This document shows, one piece after another, positions 39,835-52,929 of a DNA stretch of 64,000 bases. The notes beneath the pieces were generated by a model. It was given only the letters and a program-made list of their open reading frames with translations. It was not told the DNA's origin and did not search any database. Made by a program: the position numbers and the translations under genes. The stretch comes from Tubulanus polymorphus (Eukaryota; Animalia; Nemertea). Positions within the stretch are counted from its first letter, which is position 1; each line of letters begins with the position of its first letter. The stretch covers positions 23,120,950 through 23,184,949 of the forward strand of contig NC_134029.1 of the NCBI RefSeq assembly GCF_964204645.1, written 5' to 3'.

Positions 39835-40270
39835 TCATGTTCTTCTACGGCGTAACAACAATTTCATTTGTTCTTTAGTTTCTACTGTACACTTTATAAA
39901 ATATGCCGAATTTACAGCGGAATTCAGGGCTTGAAAAACTTCATTCAAAAGTAACACCCGCCAGGTTATAGACCATGGAAAATAAAGTCGCAAAATATTG
40001 TATAACATATTAGGAAAGACTGAAACCATGAATAAAGTTGATGCTACAAATACCATTCTGTGTGCCGTTACATCATGTTTATTATGTTTACTTGTTTCTG
40101 CACCGGTCAATCCTTTCCTATTCTTAGCGTGAATTTCTAGTTTGATTCATAACCAAATTTAAAAGTGGTATAAGAGCGAATGGCAAATATGGAGAGAAAA
40201 TATTTCCCAATCAATACGATATCTGGGTGGATTGTGAACTGTTTTGGCACCGAGGACAGTGAGGCATTCA
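39835..40270 (-). pseudogene. Truncated, frameshifted GPCR remnant (ECL2-TM7)
   Basis: HRMVFVASTLFMVSVFP..EVFQALNSAVN matches the paralogs; indels present; 5' half absent. Confidence 0.85.
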
Positions 40271-40530
40271 ACAGTGAGGTAAAATCACGTTCATATTTTG
40301 AATATATATTCAAATACAACGTATATTTTTATAGCACGCGCCCGCGAATCCCAACTTTTTGTCAGATCAAGAATAAGGTCATCGTTTCATTCATAAGTTA
40401 AAAATAACGCTCTTCATTTAAATATCAATCTTTGTTCGTATGTATTTTCATAAAGAAACTCGTTTATTTCCACACACATGCATGGCATCACATATATACG
40501 TGTAACTAAACGCTAGGTAGAAAGGAATTA

Positions 40531-42300
40531 ATGATGTTTTTGGCGAGAATATTCAACGAAAAAAGTGACGAAAATCTATTGGATAGTGCTATCGCTGAAG
40601 TACTTGCATCAGGTAAATGATTCATCGCAAAAACGAAAATCGAATCTGCGAAAAATCCCAACAAAATTGGACACTCATTAACCTTCCAATTTGATAGGTA
40701 GATAGGGTGGGGAAGAGTTTTTTAATCTATTAGTCGGAATTAACTCAAAAATTTGGAACAGGTGATTATCCATTATAGAACACCCATTTAATAATTTTTC
40801 CAATCAAAAATTCATTCTTTCATTAAACTTGATACATGGATGACGGCCAAATTAGTCAAAATATAAAAGAGTATCGAAGCAATCAAAACAATGATTTCTT
40901 TTGTAGGTCGAAATGCGCAAAAACTCGAGTGGCAAGATTTATTCTATCTGGATGGTAATCGCATTAGTAGCCGACAATGCTGGACTTTATTCTCATTTAA
41001 ATCAACGATTTATATAACTGAACTGCAGATAATACGCGCAATGAAGGCATTATTTCGTCGTCATCCACTTTTACGAATGAAAGTGTCACGAATTAAATCG
41101 TCGAGTGGCGCCGAATTGAAATTTTTGGAAGAGATGATTCATGAACGAGTTGATTTCAGTACGTCGAAAAAGAAAGGCATCGGTTTGGACCGCGTCCGTG
41201 ATGACATACCGTTAAAATTCGATGAAACGACCGGGCCACTTTGGAGATTGAGGATGCTTCAAACAGAGACCTTCGGCGATAAAAAGCGCTATCATTTTGT
41301 TGCTACTGGTTTACATTTTGTTTTCGATGGTAAAAGTTGCAATTTATTCGTTAGAGATTTTCTACGCTTTCTGGAAGGTATTATAAAAAGTGGAAACGAT
41401 CCAATAGTTAACAGCTTACACTTACCACCATCGCGCGATTTCTTCATAACACCTCGCGCATCGATTTCGATCTGGGATAGACTACGAGCAAATTTCCGGA
41501 AAATGGCTCTCCAAAAATCTACCCAACCGCATGATTTCATTGCTAGGGGTATCTTATCATCGCCACGATGCGCCGTCAATGTAGAAGACGCAAAGATATC
41601 AATGGTCGAAGTTGATTTCAGCAAAGAAGAGACGAGTGCCTTACTAGATGCCACAAAAAAGCACGGCTTACGACTGAACGCTACACTGGTGACAATATCT
41701 TCGCTCGCTATGGTTCGCTTACTCGGCGAAGACAAGCCCGATGTTGACAACAAAGTTCGCAGGGTTGTGATAAAAAACTGCGCGTCACTTAGAAAACCAA
41801 GAATGTGCAAGGACGTAACAGACGAGAATATGGGTGACTATTCGACCGGTCTGGCCACTGGGAATATATGCGCTGATATTTCTATCGATCCAGATCTAAA
41901 CGAGTTTTGGAAAACAGCCAGCACCGTCCAGACGGATGTAGAAAAGCTCGTCGACGATTTGGACGCATACTTTGAGCGTTACAAGTTGCTGAAAATGTCA
42001 TTTGAATCGTCGGTTGACCCTCAACAGGAGAAGCTCATGCTTTCAGATATGATGCTATCGAATTGGGGACGGATTGATGTCTTTGACAGAAACAAAACCG
42101 ATGCGATATTCACCGATTTGAAGGAGCACTTTTTATATAATTATAAAGGCGAGAGCATTACAACTTTCGTTTTGACATTCGTAACAATAGATGGTGAATT
42201 GAACTGTTCAATTTTATACGAAACGGATGAAATTGACCACGAAATAAGTCAGAAATTCGCCAAAATTTTCAGAAATACTTCGCTCGAATTTTCTACGTGA
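40531..42300 (+). CDS. Condensation-domain / alcohol acyltransferase (CoA-dependent acyltransferase fold) protein, 2 coding exons
   Basis: RRHPLLRM, FDETTGPLWRL, catalytic HxxxDG (LHFVFDG), LSNWG, TIDGELN. A short first exon 40531-40612 (MMFLARIF..LAS G|GTAAAT) joins in phase at TTTTGTAG|GTCGA (~40907). Confidence 0.85.
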
Positions 42301-42615
42301 CTTTATTCTTCCTTATCTTGACTGTATTTATGTAATAATAGTAATAATTGAAGTTAACAATCCGAAATGACGTCAGTGTTGCGGGTTATTTTCGTCAGGC
42401 GTATTCACATGTTTTAATTCGTGTTCTCGGGCTTAATGTAGGCTACATATTACTTTTAACACAAAACAAAATAAAGTTTGATAGCTCAACTCGTTTTAGA
42501 GTTCATGTATTAACGCAGAACTAGTAGATGTTCTCCTCGGTGACCGGTTTACCAGTTTCTTGCACTTTCTATTAGTTTTTGGACACTCTAATACTGTAGT
42601 AAGCGCGAAGTTCAA

Positions 42616-43602
42616 CTACGATCTCCGACAATGAAGCAATGATATCGCGATTTCCTTGAAGTTCTTACTGTAAACATAATAAAATATACCGTTTACAGCC
42701 GAATTCAGGGCTTGAGTAAAATCATTCAAAAGCAAAACCGGCCAAATAACAGGCCACGGATAATGAATCATCAGAACGTTGAATACCATATCAGGAAAAA
42801 GTGACACCATGAATATAGCTGAGGCGACAAATACCATTCTGTGAGCCGTTCCATCTTGTTTCATTTGCTTAGTGTTTGCACCGGTCAATCCTTTCCTATA
42901 TTTAGCGTATATTTGTAATTTAATTATCATAACCATATTCAGTAGTGGCACAAGGGCGAATGGCAAATATGTAGAGAAAATACTTTCTAACAAATAAGAG
43001 GTCCATGAATGGCCGCCAATCGTTTTTGTAGCAAGCACAGTCACACTGTATGTACATACGTTTGAAACGTATACAACGATTCGGTCCCGTACGCGTGAAG
43101 TAATGAAAAATGCAGTCCATGCGATAAAACAAATGCCTGAGAATACGTAACAATGTTTCAAACTCCAATATCTCTTTGCTTTTAAGGGAAAACAAATGTG
43201 AAATGCTCGATCGAAAGTCACTAATAATGTTAGACTATTGCGAATGTAGGATCCCCATTTTGAGATGATATTACCCGCTATATAAAGCCCAGGAGCGCCC
43301 AAGCCCCCGTCTAAATACAGTCCCATCTTTCCATAGCGAATAAGTTTCAAAACCCAAACTAAATGGTTGTAGATAATGATAGCGATGCAACAGACAATAT
43401 CAGAAACAGCCAGTAACAATAAGATGAAATGCGAAGTCGCGGAACTATTCATTTTATGTAGTCGGTAAAGCACAACTAACGTTACCGAGTTTGTTATTAT
43501 ACCCAGCCATGCGACCGGTCCTATCACCGTTACTGCTACAAGATTCCAAATGACGCGATCGTGAGGGAAGCATTTCCCGATGACTGTGACGTTTAGTTTC
43601 AT
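42616..43602 (-). CDS. Intronless rhodopsin-class GPCR, paralog of 24433..25413
   Basis: Intact ORF with LAVSD, TFDRAFHICFPL and NSAVNGIFYY; start at the shared TAGCG-ATG (MKLNVT). Confidence 0.9.
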   Translation of the reverse strand: MKLNVTVIGKCFPHDRVIWNLVAVTVIGPVAWLGIITNSVTLVVLYRLHKMNSSATSHFILLLLAVSDIVCCIAIIIYNHLVWVLKLIRYGKMGLYLDGGLGAPGLYIAGNIISKWGSYIRNSLTLLVTFDRAFHICFPLKAKRYWSLKHCYVFSGICFIAWTAFFITSRVRDRIVVYVSNVCTYSVTVLATKTIGGHSWTSYLLESIFSTYLPFALVPLLNMVMIIKLQIYAKYRKGLTGANTKQMKQDGTAHRMVFVASAIFMVSLFPDMVFNVLMIHYPWPVIWPVLLLNDFTQALNSAVNGIFYYVYSKNFKEIAISLLHCRRS

Positions 43603-44307
43603 CGCTAAGAGGATGCGTTTATAGCTTCGGTTATTCACGCTCTTACTAAACAGTTTGATACACGGGGAATTATGATTAAATTTATATACTTGCAGATATA
43701 TAATTCTTAACAGAAACTTCACACAATATACAAATTTACATGAGAATCGTTATACATGGGATAGAAAAATTCCTATTTCAGCAATTCTAAACATAAATTA
43801 ATGAATTTGACAAGGTTGAATACAGAATTGAGGCATTTTAGGGTATTTGGTCAATTTGCAAGGTGTCTAGTTATCAAAGATTTTCTAAATATACATATAC
43901 GCATCACCTACTTAGTTCATCTTTATCACAATGGATTTGTGATGGCAAGAGCTGTGCAGATCAATGAACAACACGTTAACTCAAATTGTATTAGTACAGC
44001 GCTGAAACTATAGCAATGACAAGAGACGCGAATGCAATCAAATAGTAATAGAATGAAAACTCGACAAAATATCTGCAGTTTTTCGCAGGTTTGGTTCACT
44101 CAGCAACTTAACCAAACCTTCTCTATTGGAAAAGAAATGTGCTTTGCTTAAACGTTTATCACAACCCAAAGGCGACATTACAATGGTACATTGAGGATGT
44201 AGATTATAATTTAGTAAAATATTAGATTCTGCAAAAATAACATATATACAAGTATATAGCACACGCACGCAAACACACACGTGCAATTTGGGCTTTACAC
44301 ACTTTAA

Positions 44308-44451
44308 CCGTCAAGTGCTGCCCCAATACATATCGTTGACGGTGAATACGTGAACTAACTTATTACTTGCACGCCACAGTAAGAATCTGAAACCATGGAT
44401 TTAGTTCACATGTTCACCGTTTATGATATGCATAGGGGCAGCACTTAACGG
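44308..44451. mobile_element. piggyBac-like MITE with ~50-bp inverted arms
   Basis: TTAA-CCGTCAAGTGCTGCCCC ... GGGGCAGCACTTAACGG-TCAA. Confidence 0.7.
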
Positions 44452-45603
44452 TCAAGATCTATACCGAGCTAAAATATTACGAGTTACCGGTATTGAATGC
44501 GAAGGACCCGAAACTGTTGATGAACATTACAGATATGTTGAAACGTTCTGTAAATGATTTGTTTTTTACATAATGTATCAATATGCATGTTTTTCTATAT
44601 CCTTATACAAATGATTATTATCTTATATTAAACCACTGGCGGCGGGCTTGCCGGACGATGAAAAACAGCCCCCCCCCCGCCCTGAGCAGTTTGTTTGGCT
44701 ATCTTTTTGAAGAAAGTAAATTTTGATATTTCCTGCTTATTGAGATTATCAATTTATCCGTTATGACAGGCCACGTGGCACTAGAATTGATATCGATCAA
44801 AATGGACATCATTCCAAATTTTTGCGGATTTCAGCTCATTAAACCTAGGCTCTGGAGCAGCGATATACGTAGGCCTTTACACTGCTATAGGAGTTAAAAT
44901 ATCGAACCTGCTACACAAAAAGAGTGAGCATGCAAGTGCTGGAAAAATGTTATTGATTTTTATTCCCCAGCGTCAAGTATTGAGAATGTTACGTGGACTT
45001 AATAGAAATTTTTGAACGGATCCGGCGTGCAATGTAACACGCCTAAGTAATGTCATCAATAATGTTCACCCAGCACTGGCAGTGGTTGTCTCCACCAGTG
45101 ATCTCCGTCGCTCTACGATCCTTGTGTAACCAACATGTGGTACATCAGACACTAAGATTCTTGGTGAATAATAATGCAGACCTACGTTCCAAAATTTGTA
45201 TTTAAGTATAATCAGGAAATCCCCAATTGAATTTTTCTTTGAATTTTAACGCATGCAGATGGATATTGATCCAATGAAAATTGGTCTGGAACTATTCAAT
45301 GAATCTGTGGCATTTTTTTACGATATGATATTGATCTTGGTTAGTTTTACAGATGTTGGCCTGCCTACAGTTAGTGTGGAACAGCCTGTATCTTTGTTTA
45401 CTAATGTATTCTACTCTACACACACTCTGTACAGCTAGACGTATAGTTTATCCGCTGGATTGATGACGGGTATACCTAATGTGGCTTAGTCTCCCGATCA
45501 ACTGAGCGAGGTAAGTTCGTTTAGGCTACAGAATCTCTCTAAAACATTTTTATCTTGTAAACTGGTAAAGGCGTGTGCCGAATTTGCGATGTCCAGAAAC
45601 CAG

Positions 45604-45644
45604 GGCTGGGTTTCAACTTTGATACTCAGTCTATGAAACCGGCC
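45604..45644. mobile_element. Internally deleted copy of the 51916-52074 MITE
   Basis: CAG-GGCTGGGTTTC..AACTTTGATACTCAGTCTATGAAACCGGCC-CAG shares both ends with that element. Confidence 0.7.
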
Positions 45645-46844
45645 CAGACATGTTTAGTTTCCATCAAAGCAAACCTTCATCGTATATTGAGCCCATTATC
45701 CTATTATTATATATATATGCATACCAACTAACAACCACAACTGATTATTGAGACTGGTTGCATCATGGCTTAAGGCTTACTGTAGATTCAGAGAGTATTT
45801 TCCCTATGATGGCCCTATGATGGCTGTGTGGCTTGTTTTATAATATCAGTACCAGTAAGAAATCAGAGAGCTTTATGGAAGAAAATCATTGAGTGTTCGG
45901 TGGTTTTTAAATTTTTCAACAAAATGACTTTTTCAACCATAATTTGAATTTAACCCTCGCGTCAGAAGGAGATGAACTTGTGAACATCATTGTGCGTTGC
46001 TTTTTTTGACAGTGTCGTTGATGATGTTTCATGCTTTTAGCCTGTCATTAATCGGATGTCTGTTCGGCTGCCGTGTCGTGTTGTGGCAATTAACTGATTG
46101 CATTTTATAGCAACATCTGAAAATTTGATTGTGATAAATTCCCACATGTCACATTGTAACCCTACCCGAGGACACTACTGTGTCGTGTCTCTCTGTCAGT
46201 TTCTCCGTGGTTTACCATTTATGAAAAATTGCATCATAACATGAACTTATGAACAATTGAAAAGTATTCTCTATTCTCTAGTATATAGACTAATCAGTTG
46301 CTGAAAGTCTGGCTGAATTCATTTAGCCTATTATTTCTAGAAATGTGTATTGTGCTAAAACTCTCCTGGTCCACAGTTGTGAGGTTTTAGAGTTAATTCT
46401 GCATTTAAATTATTTCATTTTCAATGAGTAAACTCTTGAGTCAAACTCACAAATGTGGTAGGCCTACTGGGTCCCGAGTTGTTCTATGGTTGCTATTATA
46501 GATCACTCATTTTACCTGAGAACCCCTCAGTTACCGCTGAAAATTTGCTTCCAATTGCGATTGTAAGTCTTATACGCTCCGCGGATTAGACATAGCCATT
46601 TATTTCTGAGCTCATAATATCCGTCTCTCTCGCACCATTCTCCACACTGAGAAAATTCATTTCATCTTTCAATTGATGTTTCACATTTCTTACTCGCCGT
46701 GTAACGATGGATCTTTCATCCTTACTGTCGGTAAATTCTCTTACTGACTATTTATAAATAGGCTTCATTCGATCATAAAAATGTTAGGAATGCATTTTAT
46801 TCTCGCTAGGAATAAATAGTGTATGGGAACAAATTTCAAGGCAC

Positions 46845-47100
46845 GATCGCGTGTAGGTGATTCCGGACTAGGTCCCGGACTAATTTGGCCTGGATCGGCC
46901 CGAGTGTCTAATTAGCGAGCGGTCACACGCAACCCACTCACTCGATACTGAACTAAACAATGAGTCACTTCCAGAAGGAACCCGGAGCAATTCATAACTG
47001 ATAACTTGACGCATGCTAAAATTTGGTGCGATGGTTTTGGTCGGGCCAAACACGCACGGGCCCATTTGGCCCCCTCGTGAACGCTCATGCGATCGCTGTT
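46845..47100 (-). repeat. Dispersed GGGCCAAAT-rich non-autonomous element family, copy 1
   Basis: Reverse complement matches 53829-54110 and 57095-57402 (TTCTGGAAGTGAC, TTTAGT..TATCGAGTGAGTGG, CTAATTAG). Confidence 0.75.
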
Positions 47101-49102
47101 TTAGCCTGTTTTTATTGGGAAGTCATTTATGCTGTGACTGAATGGAAATTATTAACCGAGTCTAGGTCTATACCTCATTGTAGTGATGTAGAACAATATG
47201 CTTGTATCGTAGATATAGGCCTATTTCTGTGCTGAAAATATATAGGCCTATTGAATCATATATACTATTGTTATATATAATTAATATCAATCAGGCTGGG
47301 GTTCTACCCCAGAAAGATTTGAATATTTCATATAAACAGGAGGAAAATGTCCCTTCATTTTCTTGCAATTTGCCCTCGAATTAAGTCAGATTGAAAGCAT
47401 ATTTTGGACAAGAACTAAAGATTTAGGGGGGACATTCATAATGAGTAGGGGAGGCAGGGGGTTGAATTCCCTGAACCCCTCTTAAATATTAACCTATCAA
47501 TCTAATGTTAAGAAGTATTTTTTTAAGCCGGAAACAAATTTGTGGACAAAATATAAAGAAAACACGTTTAAGGCAGCGTGATTGATTTTGCTCTAGTGAC
47601 ATGTAAATTGCTTATTGTCACTCAATTTATTGTTTTATTTCGATGTAACAGCTCATTAATTGCGGAGTAGTTATAAGAATAATACATGGTTTAGAGCTGT
47701 TTAGACGGAGTTGTCAATGTGTTTTTTCTGCTGGAAATTTGCAATTATAGTTCGCCTCTCGCGGTGAATGTATTTTTCCTACTGAGACCATCAAGTCACT
47801 TGTGTCATTATGGTTTTTTTGGCCATTGTATCTAACCATTGCGCCTTCCGGTAATATCTCCTGTAAGTGTAAGATTTATTGCGCTGCTGAGAGCCAATAT
47901 ACAATTTTGTTAGTTCCCTATTTGTGTCAATTTCGCCCTTCTGACTGTCAGAGAGAGAGCTGTGGTATGGGTTCATTAATGTTTCATGCTACCAGCAGTC
48001 GTCGCGTCCTATCAATGCTATTTGTCTCGAGCAAATTTCAAGGGAATTCTGCATAGAATTCGCTATTCTCCTCATAGAGTGCTCTCTTTTTCCTACAGTG
48101 GTGTTCTACTTTATCTTTCAAACGATACTCAATGGCTGGTGCTCATAGTTTATCATCAACAAACGCTGTATAACTCTGATAGGATGGAGGAAAACGTCTC
48201 GACGAAACTGTTCTAAATTTCATGAATATTTTACCGACAAAAAAACCGAATGCCTTTATCTTCAAAATACAGGACATTATTGCTATTTCCGCATGGAATT
48301 GTAGACAGACTAACAGGGTTTGAAGCTTTGACTGTGGATGTTTGTGTCCCGATGTTGAGGATGATATTCAGTCTGACAGGATGCTGTCACACCTAGATTA
48401 ATCGTAGCATTTCGAAGGCAATTCCAATTCGAGAGCTTCTCATCCTTCAAGCCGTGATTCTTTCGGCTTAATTTGGCCTTTCTTCCAAGAATAACAATTG
48501 ACGACTGGCCGAGGCACGGCTAATCCAGCTTCTTATCAGTCATACGCCGATGTCTTATCAGTCGTACGCCTTTGTCAACGACAAGTCTTTCTGTCACCGA
48601 TAGAAGAAAAATGTTTTCTAGCACCCCATTTACGTGAATCGTTAAGATCACGAATAAAAATCCTGTTGCATCACAACACCATCATCGAGAGCTCTCGGAA
48701 TGTCTTACAGGAAGTCATCATTATTGAGCGTATCGGACTAAAGAAGCCAGAAAACTGATCTTTCATCACCAGCACCGATCAGTTCTATAGGACTTACATC
48801 ATATAAACGCAACCTGATACAAGATTGAATAAATTGACAGCGGAGCAAATTAATGATTACCGCATGAAGGACATCGCGAGGAGAAGGAAATAGAGCAGAG
48901 TAAATGATGTATCATATTGTTGAGAGTGTCTAGGTTATGTACTCAGCTGGATGATACTATTCCGCTGGAATAATAACCTTCACATTAAAGATGTATATAT
49001 AATGCAGTTTCTGTGTTCAGCAGTTGGATGGGAAATTGACAGTGGATCTTTCGGGTTAGATTTTTAGGGATTCGTCAGACTACGACAACTTCTTCTGATT
49101 GA

Positions 49103-49390
49103 CCCTTTCAGTGCTGACTAATCAATACCCTATGGTGCTGGAGATAATTTGAAAATTTTGAAAAATTCCGCCCTAATGTGTTGAATAACAGGAATACCAC
49201 TATAGTGCGTGTACACGGCGGCGCGGTGTATCGTTAGTAACTCATATTTCACTATGTTTGACAGGTGCTGCCATCTTTCAATTGAGATAAAAACTAATTA
49301 CTAATTACACCAATACACTGCAGTGCGGTGTACTAGCAAAATCCATCACCGATTCATACACCGCACTGCGGTGTATATGCACTGAAAGGG
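49103..49390. mobile_element. piggyBac-type MITE
   Basis: TTGA-CCCTTTCAGTGC ... GCACTGAAAGGG-TTAA: perfect 12-bp TIR and TTAA target site, one side mutated. Confidence 0.8.
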
Positions 49391-50422
49391 TTAATGGGAA
49401 GAAATGGCCAGTCAAAGCTGAGCTGTATAATGATAACCAATTTTTTCATCAAACAAATCGCATTTTCCATTAGACAAATTTTCTCCTACATAAAGGTCTC
49501 AATTATCGATACATTTGTCGATAGAAAAGAAGCCATACTTTATGTATGCAAAAATCATAGAAATCAATCTCGTCTAGATCTTTCAAAATGCTAACATTAT
49601 TATTATCCAATGTCAACTTGATGATCTGCTGCTCTGTTGTCTTATGTTTTGTTGTCTCTCGACAGTGTTGAGATTATGGAAATATACGCGTGTGAATAAA
49701 AAAATGCTTTGGATGAAATGCAGGATAGCGTCTCTCAACAGGACCTAATTGGTTCACTCAATCACATCCATTTTACACATTATTCGTAATGCATTTCTGT
49801 TCAATCGGGGACTATGGTTGAATCAAAACCTCCAGTCATAAGCTGCACAGATTATTGTTTTATTCTTATGAAATATTTATTAGATATAATTGACGACGTC
49901 TACAAATTGTCTTCGAAAATCATCAATTGCCCCTGATATTATCATCAATCCAGGTATGAAAGTAAGTTTTGACAATTTGAGTACACATGTAAAATTAAAC
50001 TCGATAAGCCATTTCCTACATAAACGGATAAGTCTTGAGAGCAGTTTTAAAACTTTGAGCTAACTTTACCTATTTACCTACAACTCTGGAATCGGATGCT
50101 TGTTTTGGGCCAAAAATTATTATGTGATCGCGGGTAGAATCTCTGATATACTGATACTACTGATACACTGTCGATATGTCCAAAACGAATATATCTTTCT
50201 TCGCGTTTTTTAACAGCATGATTTATAATTAAACGAGATAATCCTTGAATCGAATAAAACTGCTTTATTTATGCGTTTAATGTGGCATCCGCTTAATGTA
50301 TCGTTTTAGAAGTTGTCATCAGCGCACGGCGGTGTACGTGCATATCGTCGCAGCAACAACCAGTATCGATATAGACCGATGTTCGTGTCTTTCCGCGGAA
50401 ACTTAATCGAGCTCGAAGAATA

Positions 50423-50550
50423 ATGCCTACTTTGTTCAAGAAGAAAACGTCATCGGCATCTCTACCGTCGAGCAGTGAACCACCAATTGATGTGCCTCCT
50501 TATTACAAGAAGAAAAGATGCATGTCCGAGTGCGCTATTGAATATATCAA
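50423..50550 (+). CDS. Candidate first coding exon A of a gene continuing downstream
   Basis: MPTLFKKKTSSASLPSSSEPPIDVPPYYKKKRCMSECAIEYI, upstream TTTTAG acceptor at 50309, GTAAGT donor, phase 2. Confidence 0.55.
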
Positions 50551-51915
50551 GTAAGTATCAACTAATGACTAATGGCCCATTATATCGGTATATATTGGAC
50601 GGATACCGTATTTGAAGGGCTTCGTTTACTAGTTTCAGTCAATCTGTCACTGTTTAGCTTATGTCGAAGGGAGGGTAGTAGACACGAGGTAGTTTAGTAT
50701 ATTTAGTTGAGGGCACGAAGCCACATCACTTGTGAACAGCTTGCTTGGTGTTCTGCTCCAATGTGAAAATACGTAATGCTTCTAGAATATGTACCGTAGA
50801 CTCCGCTCGAGTCGGGACTTTTTGGGGCCGTAAATGTTCATACAAAGCGAAGCGAATCACTTCTGGAACTAGTTGCAATTCAAACGTAATCATTTGTCTC
50901 AAAATTTGGCTCGGGCCTGGACCTGATCGTGGCTAATACATCTTTACCAAAGAGACATTTATAACTGATAGTTCGAAATGGATATTTGATTTGTTGACCT
51001 CGACGTAAACGAAGTCTTTCAGAGTAAATGATTACACAATCATCAGATACATGAGTGTTTTGTGTCTGGTGTATTCACTGCTCACTCGAGATTTCATTAA
51101 AGATGGTTTGATGCTTCATAAAATTCTGTTAATTCGGTTTCATGTCTATGCATGCACTGTCTATCGGTATGTTCTATGAATTATTCAAGTTTAATTCGTT
51201 GTTTTGATGCTCGCTTTCTGTACATCTAGTTCTGTATTATGTAAAGAAATAGGTCATCTTTCAGAAAATAAGACATATATCTTATATATTCGATTTTCTG
51301 TCAGAGTTTCGATGCTAAGGGCTTTCTCGAGAAAACTTGTGTTTTATGGCTTTCAAGAATTACACATTTTTTGAGTATTTGCTGAAGTAACCAACAATCT
51401 CAAACCGATCTCCACTACACACTGACTGTAGTTGGATTATGCTGTATTTTGCGCTTGACGCACAGCCGATTTCCTATCGGCTGATTGAACCTCATTGAGA
51501 TGATTGCTCGTAGATTTAACTCAGCTTTTCAGAATTTGAAGAGTGAATTCCGTTTCATGCGGAAGTACGGTAAACTTTATGTACACAATCGCGTAATAAG
51601 CAAAGTGCACATGTTTGAAAGACGTGTCTGATATAATGTGCGCGAATTTGAAGAGAATTCAATAATGTTTATTTCATATGGGTTGATGATGATATGTGAA
51701 AGTGGTAGAGGGTTAATATGGTGAAAACGCTGGATGCAATTTGAGATATTAATTGCTGCCTGATGGGTGTTTATCCCCAGCCGCTGACGACGGAAACAAA
51801 TTAGTTTTGATCAGTTCAGCAAACACACGATGTTCCATATTTTATTCATTGTCACAGTAAAAAGCTCATCTGTTGATAAAGGCCAATTCCCAGTAGTAAA
51901 AAACAAAAACATCAG

Positions 51916-52074
51916 GGCTGGGTTTCATAGATGTGGAAGAAAAATAGTCCCTGGGAACATTTTGAAATATGTCAGTTATTACCATGGTTTCTCATTGTAA
52001 CCATGGTGGTTGTTACCCAGATTAGGGATTTACCCCTAGGGATAACTTTGATACTCAGTCTATGAAACCAGGCC
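51916..52074. mobile_element. PIF/Harbinger-type MITE
   Basis: TIRs GGCTGGGTTTCATAGA / TCTATGAAACCAGGCC with a CAG duplication. Confidence 0.75.
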
Positions 52075-52148
52075 CAGTATATTGAATATCATTTCACTAG
52101 CAGTATTGAAATGTACTGTGTTACTACATACAGACATTGCTATCAACA

Positions 52149-52929
52149 TATAATTTCAGAATAGTGTCCAGATAGATAAATAATAATAAGAACGCAACTA
52201 TCACAATCTTCATGATGATAATGAGTTTATATTCAAACGTTTCGATCGATTTTTTACTGAACGTATTTTGATATGTTTATAATCCATTTGTACTTTGTAA
52301 ACTAGGCCACTTCACGCCTGCATGATATTCTCTGTAATTAGTAACAGTATACTATACATAGTTTGTATCTTTTCATGTCATTTCTTGAAAAGGACTCGAA
52401 GAGATGAGTCGAAACGTTTGAACATGTAAATTAACTCATTATCATCATGAAGATTGTGATAGTTGCGTTCTTATTATTATTTAACTATCTGGATACTCTT
52501 CCAAAATTTTATGATAAGAAAAGTGCTTACGCTCCTACAAAAATGCTTAAACATTTACTTTTACTTGTACTACGCATCACAGCTGCTTACTTTTGTCTTT
52601 AGCCTCATACGAACTACTATGAACCCTGTATTTGCACTCTAATTTACAGCTCTTATTCACAATGCGATAATATTGTTCACGATAATGTTTTACGTGTTTG
52701 ATTGACTAACATCTAGCAATACATATTACAGGGTTGTCTAGTTTTGAGCGATACGCTAAACCACGCCTCGCTCGTGCTGGGCGCACGTTTAACGGGAGCC
52801 ACGATTCAAACTTTCAAACACAACGGTTAGTAATCCATCGCCAAACGCTCGCAGCAGGCCTAGAACCGGCATCCTCGCTTGCCACTGCAGGCTTCAAATG
52901 AAGATTGTGATAGTTGCGTTCTTATTATT
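52149..52929 (+). mobile_element. Non-autonomous Penelope-like insertion (inverted plus direct pseudo-LTR segments, hammerhead variant, 13-bp TSD)
   Basis: ATTGCTATCAACA at 52136-52148 and 52930-52942. ~100-bp inverted repeat (52149-52246 vs 52409-52513) and a third, direct partial copy at ~52898-52929. CTTGAAAA-G-GACTC..GAGTC-GAAACGTT at 52384-52418. Confidence 0.7.

Noticed and set aside
41292-41810. 172-aa antisense ORF
   Set aside because: Shadow of the acyltransferase coding exon
45353-45511. Exon-like segment with the hydrophobic mini-ORF MLACLQLVWNSLYLCLL..
   Set aside because: The ORF stops before the GTAAGT donor and no mature peptide exon was found; more likely UTR or noise
47800-48900. 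Slightly GC-richer stretch with short ORFs
   Set aside because: No consistent frame, motif or splice structure found
51784-51800. CTGACGA-CG-GAAA hammerhead-like words
   Set aside because: No stem II or stem I pairing
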